A stretch of DNA of 64,000 bases from Azolla caroliniana. Its lineage: Eukaryota; Plantae; Polypodiophyta. Below, piece by piece: positions 50,041 to 61,504 of the stretch. A program made the translations under genes and the position numbers. The notes below the pieces were generated by a model that did not search any database, was not told the origin of the DNA, and saw only the letters and a list, made by a program, of their open reading frames with translations. Numbering within the stretch: position 1 is the stretch's first letter; each line of letters starts with the position of its first letter. The DNA lies in NCBI GenBank assembly GCA_043228905.1, contig JBHGNT010000004.1:19406001-19470000 (forward strand), given 5' to 3'.

Positions 50041-53000
50041 ATCTTCACATCTTCACGTCTAACTACTCTGCCTCGAGGTCTATGCTTGCCGTTATGCTCA
50101 ATACCGTCCGGATGGAAGTCATCTTTACTACCGGGGCAAATATCTTGTCGAAGTCTACGCCCTTCTTCTACTGGAACCTTTTCACCACGATCGTGGCTTT
50201 GTATCTTGGGGGGTTCCCAACATCTCTCGATTTTAGCTTGTACACCCACTTGTTTCGGAGTGTCCTCTTTCCTTTTGGGAACTCCACCAATTCATACGTG
50301 TGGTTCTAATGCATGGAATCCATCTCGTCCTGCTTGACACTCGACCACTTGCGGTTGTGGGTGTCTCTCTTAGTTTCTTCGAACCTTTCCGGCTCCCCCT
50401 GATCGGTTAGCAGTACATCCTCTGGATCCAGAAACCATTGTCTCTCTGAGAGGATATCTGCGTCTTTGGTTTTCGGCAACTGGCTCCTCTGTTTGTTCTT
50501 CATCCGAATCTGATTCAGGTTCTTGGCTAGTTCTGGTTCCTACTTCCTCTCCTTCTCCTGCCGGTTCGGTGTCCTCTCCGTAAACGGCCGGTTCTTCGAG
50601 TGTTAACCGGCTCTTTGTCGGTTGGGTTTGCATCTCATCGAACCGATCGTTACCGGTCAACTCGGAGTTCATTATCTTCTTCTCCGACACCTAGTCGGGA
50701 AGGGTCTTGTTCTCCATGAAGATAATATTTCAACTCCGGAACACCTTCTTGTCGACGGGGTCCCACACTCGGTAACCGAACTCATCATCGCCGTATTCGA
50801 GGAGTATGCAAGGCCCAGACTTTGGATCCAAAATTTCTCTCTGGTCCTTTGCCACATGCACGTTAGTGAGACACTCGAACACCTTTAGATGCCGGTAAGA
50901 CACTTCCTTACCAGTCAATAGTCTCTGTGGCGTGTCTCCGTCCAAGGGTACTGAGGGTGATCTTTTTATCACGTACGTTGTTTTCGTAAGCGCATCAACC
51001 CAAAACATCTTGGGTAACTTGGCATGTGCTAGCATACTCCGGACCATCTCCATTATGGTCTGGTTCATCCTCTCGGCCAACCGGTTTAGTTCCGACGTTG
51101 TCGTGCCTTACGGCTCCGGATCGTTGCGTGAGTCGGGTGGGAACCGCTGGGGTTATGGACTAGGAGGAAAGAAAATTCTAAGGAAATTAAGAGTATGAAA
51201 TATATTGTCAGAAAGAAAGATATGAAAAACTCGTGAATCCCACGAGTATAGTGTATTAGTGAGTAATCAAATTAAGAGAGAAAATAGTTAGCAAATTCGT
51301 GAATCCCACGATTATATTATATTAATCAACCCTTGTAAAATAATCAACAACCTCTATACATCTTTCTCTCTTCCTTATATAGTGTTGGAAGAGTCTAAGT
51401 TTATCACATGCAAGCATCATGCTTTTCCTATCTTTAGTTTTCATGCACACTGCATGTGCATGATTAGCTTTCTATCTCATCTTTTCTTTTAACTCTAGTG
51501 TCTATGCATGAATAACTTTTTGTACTATGCATGTCTAGAAATTTTACATGGGATAAAGTTTAGTATAACTTTAAAATTTATAATACGCTAGTATAATGAT
51601 AAGGCTTAACATTATTAACATGGAGGTACAAGGTTCAAATCTTGCCCTATGCATGTAATATATATATTTTTATACTTTCTTCTATTTACAAATATGTCTC
51701 TTCATCCGGTGAGAAACCTTCACCGGCCTTCTTCATCCGGCTCTTTCTGGTTCTGCTTCATTCGGTGCTTGCTAGTTTTCTTTGTCCGGTTCTTACCGTT
51801 ACCTCTTTACCGATCTCTTCATCCGTTTCTCACCGACTCTCACCGGCCTTCTTCATCCGGCTCTTGCTGGGTCTCCTTACCGGTTTTGGTCCTTACCGGT
51901 TCTCAACGGGTACTCCATGTCCTATCCGGAGAGACCAAAATGTAATTTTTCACGTAGTGTGCGAATTACACTACGACAACGTCTTCGACACGGTACATTC
52001 GAGCTGGATTCCCTTTGAGCGGCAGTACTCCTCGAACTGCCCCCGATATTGTCCTCTGTTATTTGCTCGAACCGCCTTCAGCTTCCGGCCTATTTCTCTT
52101 TCCACTCTTGCGTGGAGCTCCTTGAAGACGGATAACACCTGATCCTTCGTCTGCAACGGTGTGGCCCACAACTTCCGGCTATGGTCGTCTATGAACATCA
52201 CGAAGTATTGCGATCCAGCATGTGACTTCGTGTCCACTTGACACACATCGATATGCACCAGCTCTAGTGGTGCATTTTGTCTCATCGGTAGCCTTGAGCG
52301 AAGGGAGGTCCGATTTTGCTTACCAGCTAGGCAGTCTGTGCACTTCTCAAGATGCACGTCTTTCACCAGAATGAGGTTGTCATCGGCCAGCCTCTTCATC
52401 CCCTTCTCGCTCATGTGACACAGTCTCTTGTGCCACACCTCACCGGTAGTGTCACATGCGATGTTCACTTCTTCCCGGCATAACCGGGCATTCATTAGGT
52501 ACATAGCGTTCACTTTTTGGGCTCGAGCGACTATTAGGTTCCCTTTGCTAAACTTCATGACTCCGTTCCAGATGCTACTCGTGTAGCCTTCATTGTCTAG
52601 CTGACCGGCTGATATTAGGTTCAGTCGAACCTCTGGAACGTGTCGGACATCCTTCAGCAGTAGCTTGCATCCAGTTGGTGTTGTCAACCACATGTCTCCT
52701 ATGCCGACAATTCGGCATGTACCTTCATTCTCCATCCGGACACAACTGCGCTCACCGACTGTGTAGGATGAGAAGCATTTCCGGTCCCGGCTCAAGTGGA
52801 ACGACACTCCGGAATCGACAACCCACGTTGTCTTGTCGCCGACAAGGTACAACTCACTATCTTCAGTGATGAGCATCAACTCTTCTTCACTTGTTGCGAA
52901 TGACGTCGTTCCCTTCCGGTCTTTACCGTTCCGTTTCGGTGACCGCTTCGAATCGGTATTGTCGATTTCCTTGTCTTTCTGGAAATGCCGACAGTTCTTT

Positions 53001-54480
53001 TGGAAATGCCCCGGCTTGCCGCAATAGAAGCAAGTGGGCCTCCCCCTCGACTTGACTCTTTCTAGGGATAGTTGTTTTCCTTCCGGCCCGGCGTTGCCCA
53101 AAGTGACAACTAACATCTCCTAGCTATTCGGGAGGGAACCAAGCAGGAGTAATGCTAGTACCTCATCGGCGAGAGGTACTTCCAACGATGTTGCCTAGTG
53201 TATCAGCCCCTAGAAGGCATTCATGTGGTCCGCCATATTGGAGCCATCTTGGTATCAGAGTCTTACTAGCTTCCGGAATACCGAAACCCGATTAACAACA
53301 TTTTTGTTCTGAAACGTTAAATGCCGATCTTCCCTCAGAGCTCATGAACCTTGCTCTCTTCATTGAAGTTGTTGTACAGGCTCATGTCGATGAACCACCG
53401 TCTGTACGTCGTTGTCTTCATGTGCATCACCTCCCATATCATGGCATCGATGTTGTCCGGTCTCTTGTCCCCAAACTGAACTGGCAACCAAAGATCTTTA
53501 ACCACGAGCATGTCCCTCATCTTCGACTTCCACATTGAGTAGTTGGAGCCGGTGAGCTTGAACATGCCGCCAAATGAATCTTCCATTTTCTATGTCGTTT
53601 TGCTCTGATACCAGATTGTAGAGAATATGCGGAATAATGCTCGGCCATAACCGAGTCTTCAACTACAATTTCGTTGAGAATTACAATCACAAAAATGGGA
53701 ATGTAGATATAGATACACGTATACACAAATAATATGAGAGAGGGTACACAATATGTTTACGTGGAAAACCCTAAATGGGAAAAACCAGGTGAGTTCACAA
53801 AGTCCAACTATCACTATGCAAGGAGAATACAATAGAGGAACACAGAGGCAACAACCTCTTGCTCTCAATCTTTGCCTGACGGCAGTTACACCAGAGACAC
53901 ACTATGTATCGTGCTCTCTCTCTCTCTCTCTCTGTTACGCTCTGTACAGTAGTTACACCAATAATTCTAAAAAACATCATCATACCCTGTTTGCCCTAGG
54001 TCATACTTATACTAATATGACTTTTGGGCTATTTACAAATGTAGCCACAATGGGCTAACATAGACATATTTACATATATGTCCCTTCATCCGGTGAGAGG
54101 TTCTCACCAGGCCCACGTCATCCGGTTTTCACCGGGTCTTCATTGTCGGGTACTCCTCATCTGGTTCTCACCGGGTATTCCTTACCGGGTACTCATCATC
54201 CGGTTCTCACAGGGTCTTCCATTGCCGGGTACTCATATCCCATCCGGAGGGACCAAAATCCTAAAACTTAAAGTGATTGCCCTAAGTCATATTTATAGTA
54301 ATATGAACTTAGGGCTATTTACAACTATAGCGACAATGGGCTTACTCCAGACATATTTACAAATCTGTCTTCTCTTCCGGTTCTCACCGGGTCTCCTCTG
54401 ATTTCCAAATCTCTTCCAGTTCTCATCGGGTACTCTTTATTCATTACTGGATCCCATCCGGAGAGACCGATTTCCCAACA
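50041..54480 (-). mobile_element. 3'-truncated Ty1/Copia element
   Basis: LTR 53617-54480; PBS TGGTATCAGAGC (tRNA-iMet) at 53602-53613; gag KLTGSNYSMW, CFYCGKPGHFQKNC, WVVDSG, WHKRLCH, integrase, RT start (FAPVVK) cut at ~50041. Confidence 0.93.
51099..51978 (-). mobile_element. Solo LTR (family F) in the Copia integrase
   Basis: TGTCGT...ACGACA termini; 4-bp TSD ACGT whose removal restores TVSKTSELNRLAERMN in frame. Confidence 0.88.
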
Positions 54481-54802
54481 TCAATGTACACATTCGATAC
54501 GTAATATGCGTCAAGGCCCTTTGATTAGAATGTATAATGTCAAGTTCATTGTTTCTCAAGCATAGGTCTACATAACCAGAACGTGGACTTCTAACCACTA
54601 AAGTACAACCACAAAATGGTCTTAAATTGAAAACAATCTTGGTTGCGACGAACATTTGATAGGAACCTTTGTTGGGGATGGTTGGTCATAGTTCTTTGCA
54701 TAAATTAAACTGTCATGCTCCTCGGTATTTGCAACCACCTTCCTATCTCAAATCCATCGGGATTCGAAGCACCTTTACAGGTTGATATAAACTTAGTTTT
54801 GG

Positions 54803-54874
54803 TGTGGTTGTTGGGATTTGAGCCCAGGTCTCCACGGCCACAACGTGGAATTCTAACCACTAAACTACAACCAC
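54803..54874 (-). pseudogene. tRNA-His copy with T-arm substitutions
   Basis: Two changes in the T arm. Confidence 0.72.
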
Positions 54875-55581
54875 CGAGTTTGTGTTGCTAAATTGGAACT
54901 ATCTATTCACAACCGCAACATGGAGCTGTAACCACTAAGTACTGACTTTCCATGTTGCATGCATAAATTCATAGCTACACTCTATATAACATATTAGGCA
55001 AGTCTCTTAAAGGCATCCAGAAATATGGAGTTCTAATCACTAAGAGTTCACTTCCTATGTGGCAAGAATAAATTAATGTGTAGAATCTATATGACATATG
55101 AGGCAAGTTTTGATAAAGCCATGGACAAATTCATGTGCACATTCTATATGAAATAGGAGCCAAGATTGCACTATTGACAATATTGTGCAATGTGGAAAAT
55201 GAAAACCAATCTCGAATTTTAACCACGAAGTCAAATTTTTTGCTCAAATGAATTATTATGGTTTTTATTTGCAAACATAAATCAATGCGTCAAGGCCCTC
55301 CGATAACAATGTCTAATGTCAAGCTCATTGTTTTTCAAGCTTAGGTCTACATGACCAGAAAGTGGACTTCTAACCACTAAAGTACAACCAAAAAATGGTC
55401 TTAAATTGAAAACAATCTTGGTTGGGACGAACATTTGATAGGAACCATTGTTGTGGATGGTTGGTCGTAGTTCTTTGCTCAAATTAAAGTGTTATGCTCC
55501 TCGGTATTTGTAACCAACTTCCTATCTCAAAACCATCGGGATTCGAAGCACCTTTATAGGTTGATATAAACTTAGTTTTGG

Positions 55582-55653
55582 TGTGGTTGCTGGGATTCGA
55601 GCCCAGGTCTCCACGGACACAACGTGGAATTCTAACCACTAAACTACAACCAC
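55582..55653 (-). tRNA. trnH-GUG: tRNA-His(GUG), one substitution (G37>T)
   Basis: All stems intact. Confidence 0.75.
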
Positions 55654-55777
55654 CGAGTTTGTGTTGCCAAATTGGAACTAACTCTTTACACCCGCAACAT
55701 GGAGTTGTTACCACTATGTACCGACTTTCAATATTTCATGCATAAATTCATAGATATACTCTATATAACATATTCGG

Positions 55778-56694
55778 TGTTGACTATACGGTCATGACAA
55801 GGAGTGCGAAATGGTCGATCATCGGTGGGGAGAGGCCTAGATGTGAGAGAGGTTTCGGGTTTCGGGGTTTCGGGTTTAGGAATTAGGGTTTAGGGATTTA
55901 AGGATTAAAGAGTAGGTTTTAGGGGTTTAGGGTTTTAGGGATTAGGGCTGTTGACCATATGGTCATGACATGGAGTGCGGAATGGTAGATCGTCAATGGG
56001 TAGAGGAAAGAGAAAACAGGGTTCACGATTAAGCATAAGAGGGGATGAAGTGTAAATAACCACCAAGAACAATTTGAGCGCACCCAAATCGTTTAACACT
56101 CTTGGTGTAAGTGAAGCATAATGAGAGATAGAGGAAGGGGAGAGAGATGAGGGATTAATCACTAACATTAAAACTAGAAATAAGTTAAAACATAACCATT
56201 ATTAAGCTAAATAGTCTAGATGAGAGAGAGGGAGAGATTAAGAAGGAGACTAATTTTTATTAAGAAAAAGGAAAAATTACAATACCATGGGTAATGGTCA
56301 TGAGCAAACTAGTTTCGCCCCCTACGGGCCTCATCAGTGCTAAAATGACCATTCGGGGTGGATAGGTTTACATAAGGAGTTTTCGGAAATGCTTTAGAGA
56401 AATGGCAATGGGGAGTGGGGGTGTGCTTATGGATGTGATTGAAAGGGGGAAGATTTGGAGAAGAAGGAAAAGGATTTTATGGGCTTCGATGTGATAAGGG
56501 GAAGGTTTTGGTATTAGGAAAATGAGGTTATATTGTTAAAGGAGGGATAAGAAGAAAAGGGAGAGTTTAGGATATAAAATGTAAAAAGAGAGGAAATATA
56601 AGGCGCATTAAGAAAGAGGGGGAAACAAGGATTATGTGAGATGATGAGAAGGGAAGGAGAGAGAGAGAGAGAGAGAGATAGAAAGGAAAAACGC
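55778..56694 (-). mobile_element. Hammerhead-carrying GA-rich element, copy 2
   Basis: Near-identical to 58965-59875; telomere-like GGGTTTAG/GGGTTTC tract at 55850-55945; terminal 40-bp motif repeated at 55949. Confidence 0.85.
56293..56353 (-). ncRNA. Type I hammerhead ribozyme motif
   Basis: AAUGGUCAU UUU AGCA CUGAUGA G GCCC GUAGG GGGC GAAAC UA GUU / UGCU C AUGACCAUU: complete core, stems I and II, palindromic ACUAGU stem III. Confidence 0.85.
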
Positions 56695-56804
56695 TTTTTG
56701 CTGAAATTAAATTCTTATGCTTCTCGATATTTGCTACCAACTTTCTATCTCAAATCCATCGGGATTCGAAGTATCTTTACATGTTGATATAGACTCACTT
56801 TTTG

Positions 56805-56876
56805 TGTGGTTGCTGGGATTCGAGCCCAAGTCTCCACGGCCACAACGTGGAATTCTAACCACTAAACTACAACCAC
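56805..56876 (-). tRNA. trnH-GUG: tRNA-His(GUG), one substitution (U-G wobble in the T stem)
   Basis: Cloverleaf intact. Confidence 0.78.
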
Positions 56877-57019
56877 CGAGTTTGTGTTGCCAAATTGGAA
56901 ATAAGTCTTCACAACCGCACTAGGGAGTTGTAACCACTAAGTACTGAATTCCTATGCATAAATTCATAGCTACACTCTATATAATATATTAGGCCAGTTT
57001 CCATAAAGGCATCCATAAA

Positions 57020-57534
57020 TATACTAATATAACTTTCGGGATATTTACAAATGTAGCCACAATGGGCTAACATAGACATATCTACATATATGTCCCTTCA
57101 TTCGGTGAGAGGTTTTCGCCGGGCCTGCGTCTTCCAGTTCTCACCGAGTCTTCTTTGTGGGGTACTCCTCATCCGGTTCTCACCGGGTCTTCCTTGCCAT
57201 GTACTCATCATTCGGTTCTCAGAGGGTCTTCCATTGCTGGGTACTCATATCCCATTCGGAGGGACCAAAATTCTAAAACTTAAAGTGATTGCCCTATGTC
57301 ATATTTATAGTAATATGAACTTAGGGCTATTTACAACTATAGCATTAATGGGCTTACTCAAGACATATTTACAAATCTGTCTTCTCTTCCGGTTCTCACC
57401 GGGTCCACCGATCCGGTTTCCAGATCAATTCCGGTTCTCACCGAGTTTCCTTTGGTTTTCGGATCACTTCTAGTTCTCACTGGGTACTCTTTATTCATCA
57501 CCGGATCCCATCCGGAGTGACCGATTTCCCAACA
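57020..57534 (-). repeat. Partial duplicate of the Copia LTR
   Basis: Matches 54008-54480 including the same TTTCCCAACA|TCAAT junction. Confidence 0.9.
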
Positions 57535-57904
57535 TCAATCTACACATTCAATACGTAATATGCATCAAGGCCCTCTGAATAATTCATGTACACATTCGAT
57601 ACGTAATAGGCGTCAAGGCACTCCACTAACATTGTATAATGTCAAGGTCATTGTTTCTCGAGCTTACGTTTCCATCACCATAACGTGGACTTCTAACCAC
57701 TAAAGTACAACCACAAAATGGTCTTAAATTGAAAACAATCTTGGTTGGGACGAACATTTGATAGGAACCTTTGTTGGGGATGGTTGGTCGTAGTTCTTTG
57801 CTCAAATTAAAGTGTTATGCTCCTCGGTATTTGCAACCAACTTCCTATCTCAAATCCATCTGGATTCGAAGCACCTTTACAGGTTGATATAAACTTAGTT
57901 TTGG

Positions 57905-57976
57905 TGTGGTTGTTGGGATTCGAGCCCAGGTCTCCACGGCCACAACGTGGAATTTTAACCATTAAACTACAACCAC
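57905..57976 (-). pseudogene. tRNA-His copy with ~3 substitutions
   Basis: T-stem and D-arm changes. Confidence 0.72.
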
Positions 57977-58964
57977 ACAGTTTGTGTTGCTAAACTGGAA
58001 CTAACTCTTCAAAACCGCAACATGGAGCTGTAACCACTAAGTACTGACTTTCCATGTTGCATGCATAAATTCATAGCTAAGCTCTATATAACATATTAGG
58101 CAAGTCTCCTAAAGGCATCCAGAAATATGGAGTTCTAATGACTACGAGTTCACTTCCTATGTGGCGTGAATAAATTAATGTGAAGAATCTATATGACATA
58201 TGAGGCAAGTTTTGATAAAGCCATGGAGCTGTAACCACTAAGTACTGACTTTCCATGTTGCATGCATAAATTCATAGCTAAGCTCTATATAACATATTAG
58301 GCAAGTCTCCTAAAGGCATCCAGAAATATGGAGTTCTAATCACTAAGAGTTCACTTCCTATGTGGCGTGAATAAATTAATGTGAAGAATCTATATGACAT
58401 ATGAGGCAAGTTTTGATAAAGCCATGGACAAATTCATGTGCACATTCTATATGAAATAGGAGCCAAGATTGCACTCTTGACAATATTGTGCAATGTGGAA
58501 AATGAAAACCAATCTCTAATTTTAACCACTAAGTCAAATTTTTTGCTCAAATGAATTATTATGGTTTTTATTTGCAAACATAAATCAATGTACACATTCG
58601 ATACGTAATATATGTCAACGCCCTCCGATAAGAATGTATAATGTCAAGCTTATTGTTATTCAAGCTTAGGTCTACATGACCAGAACGTGGACTTCTAACC
58701 ACTAAAGTACAACCACAAAATTCTCTTAAATTGAAAACAATCTTGGTTGGGAAGAACATTTGACAAAAACCTTTGTTGGGGATTCGAGCCCAGGTCTCCA
58801 CGGCCACAACGTGGAATTCTAACCACTAAACTACAACCACCGAGTTTGTGTTGCCAAATTGGAACTAACTCGTCACACCCGCAACATGGAGTTGTTACCA
58901 CTATGTACAGACTTTCCATATTTCATGCATAAATTCATAGATATACTCTATATAACATATTCGG

Positions 58965-59875
58965 TGTTGACTATACGGTCATGACAAGGAGTGCGAAATG
59001 GTTGATCATCGGTGGGGAGAGGCCTAGATGCGAGAGAGGTTTCGGGTTTCGGGGTTTCGGGTTTAGGAATTAGGGTTTAGGGATTTAAGGATTAAAGAGT
59101 AGGATTTAGGTGTTTAGGGTTTTAGGGATTAGGGTTGTAGACCATATGGTCGTCACAATGAGTGCGGAATGGTAGATCGTCAATGGGTAGAGGAAAGAGA
59201 AAACAGGGTTCACGATTAAGCATAAGAGGAGATGAAGTGTAAATAACCACCAAGAACAATTTGAGCGCACCCAAATCGTTTAACACACTTGGTGTAAGTG
59301 AAGCATAATGAGAGATAGAGGAAGGGGAGAGAGACGAGGGATTAATCACTAACATTAAAACTAGAAATAAGTTAAAACATAACCATTATTAAGCTAAATA
59401 GTCTAGATGAGAGAGAGGGAGAGATTAAGAAGGAGACTAATTTTTATTAAGAAAAAGGAAAAGTTACAATACCATGGGTAATGGTCATGAGCAAACTAGT
59501 TTCGCCCCCTACGGGCCTCATCAGTGCTAAAATGACCATTCGGGGTGGATAGGTTTACATAAGGAGTTTTCGGAAAGGCTTTAGAGAAATGGCAATGGGG
59601 AGTGGGGGTGTGCTTATGGATGTGATTGAAAGGGGGAAGATTTGGAGAAGAAGGAAAAGGATTTTATGGGCTTTGATGTGATAAGGGGAAGGTTTTGGTA
59701 TTAGGAAAATGAGGTTATATTGTAAAAGGAGGGATAAGAAGAAAAGGGAGAGTTTAGGATATAAAATGTAAAAAGAGAGGAAATATAAGGCGCATTAAGA
59801 AAGAGGGGGAAACAAGGATTATGTGAGATGATGAGAAGGGAAGGAGAGAGAGAGAGAGAGGGAAACGAAAAACGC
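58965..59875 (-). mobile_element. Hammerhead-carrying GA-rich element, copy 3
   Basis: Near-identical to copy 2, same left junction TATTCGG|TGTTGAC; right end uncertain. Confidence 0.85.
59480..59540 (-). ncRNA. Type I hammerhead ribozyme motif
   Basis: Identical to 56293-56353. Confidence 0.85.
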
Positions 59876-60078
59876 GATGACGTTTCAAGAATAGTGTTGA
59901 ATCATGTTTCTGATTTAACTTTGTCCTCAAAACTCCGTTTTTTATGATTTTTGGCTTGTTTTGAAGCTGATTCAGAGGTCTTTCGAATGACTATTAAGTT
60001 GTTACGTTTGGCTTTCATTACAAGAACCTACAAAAAAAGTGTCATCGTCTCAAATTAGTTCTCTCAATCTCTATTAGG

Positions 60079-61053
60079 ATGGCTGACACAACAACAGGAA
60101 GTGAGTTGATAATTGTTGATGGATGTGGTAGTGATGATGGTTATGAAAATTACAAGAGGCAAAAGTTTATTGATGCTACAAAACATGAGAAAACATCATA
60201 TGCTGTTATTCTTGGTGGGAAAGATGTTATTGGAGATGATTATGATATGGATAGTCGTTGTGATTTTGTTAAGGCTTTGCTTTTTGATTTTATGGAAAAA
60301 AATAAGAAAGATGCTAAAGATTGTGTGGAGGAGGATGTTGTCGAGGTGGTGATGGAGACCAACTCTATGTTAGGAACTTTTGACAAGTTCTATGATCGTG
60401 GTGTTATTTTGTATTTCACTAGCAAACTTCCTTTGGTATCATGGATTAAGCAGTGGTTGAATTCATTCATAATGCCTAATTGTGTTGAGGATGTGTATGT
60501 GGCTCCAAGAGGTTTCTATGATGTAGTTTTTCAATCGTCAGAACACCGTACAACTTTGATGACAAAGATACCAATCTTCTTTTATAGAATATTAGTGCAT
60601 GTGATGGAATGGGTTCTAGTGGTGGATTATAAAGATTTATTAAAGCAACAATGTCCAATTTGGGTGACTGTTGATTGTGGTAACTCATTCTTTTGGGATT
60701 TACTACTAGGATTGATGTCCCAAATTGGTAAAGTTTTGGTTTCTCCTCATGTTAATTCGTTGAACAAATGTAGATTTTGCATGTTATGGGATACAAGTTG
60801 TAAACTTCCAGGATGGTTGAGTGTCGATACATCTCGATTTGGTCGATTTCGTTTTAAGCTTCAATGGGAAAATTTTGAAGGACACTGTTTTAAATGTGGT
60901 AAATTGGGGCATTTTATGGCTGAATGCCAATATCATGGTGAACTATGCCTAGAAAATAATGTCAAAGGGAAAAATAAAGAAGATGTTGAGAACGATATTG
61001 TCTCAATGGTTGATATGGTCATGGATGAGGGAACATCTCATGGGTTAGAGTGA
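60079..61053 (+). CDS. L1-type LINE ORF1 (DUF4283-like region plus CCHC knuckle); may be cut by a premature stop
   Basis: RGFYDVVF, PIWV, IGKVL, CFKCGKLGHFMAEC. Confidence 0.8.
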   Translation: MADTTTGSELIIVDGCGSDDGYENYKRQKFIDATKHEKTSYAVILGGKDVIGDDYDMDSRCDFVKALLFDFMEKNKKDAKDCVEEDVVEVVMETNSMLGTFDKFYDRGVILYFTSKLPLVSWIKQWLNSFIMPNCVEDVYVAPRGFYDVVFQSSEHRTTLMTKIPIFFYRILVHVMEWVLVVDYKDLLKQQCPIWVTVDCGNSFFWDLLLGLMSQIGKVLVSPHVNSLNKCRFCMLWDTSCKLPGWLSVDTSRFGRFRFKLQWENFEGHCFKCGKLGHFMAECQYHGELCLENNVKGKNKEDVENDIVSMVDMVMDEGTSHGLE

Positions 61054-61504
61054 GATCCTAAAGTTCATGGTCATGTTAGAGGTGTTGGGAAGGAGAATGG
61101 AGTATGTAATAATGATGGCCCAAATGTTGAAGATGGAGAGTGGCATCAAGTGAAGCATAAGATAAAAGGGAAGGGTGTTGCCATACAAAGGGAATAAAAA
61201 AAACTTATGGTACGCCAATACCAAAAGATAATTTGAGGTTGAAGGAGGGGTTTAAGAAAAATCCTTGGTAGAAACAAGTGTGAAATTAGAGATTGTCCAA
61301 CCAATTATAATTTGATTCTTCAGGAAGGGTGGTACGACCTCAATTAAATCAAGGACTTCGTTCTCGTGGAGCTAGACAACAAAACCCTAATATTGGTGGA
61401 GGGCATGTAGTACACACAAATCCTTATGCAACTCTTGAACAACTAGTTAGTACATTCATGAATACACTTGCTCAAAAAGAGGAAATTCTTACCAAAGGTA
61501 TTAA

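Larger units (their letters stand above)
54481..58964 (-). repeat. tRNA-His satellite, block 3 (interrupted)
   Basis: tRNA copies at 54803, 55582, 56805, 57905 and a truncated one at 58778-58840. Confidence 0.9.

Noticed and set aside
55850-55950. Interstitial telomere or chromosome fusion site
   Set aside because: Short, degenerate and part of the repeated element; no clean (TTTAGGG)n array
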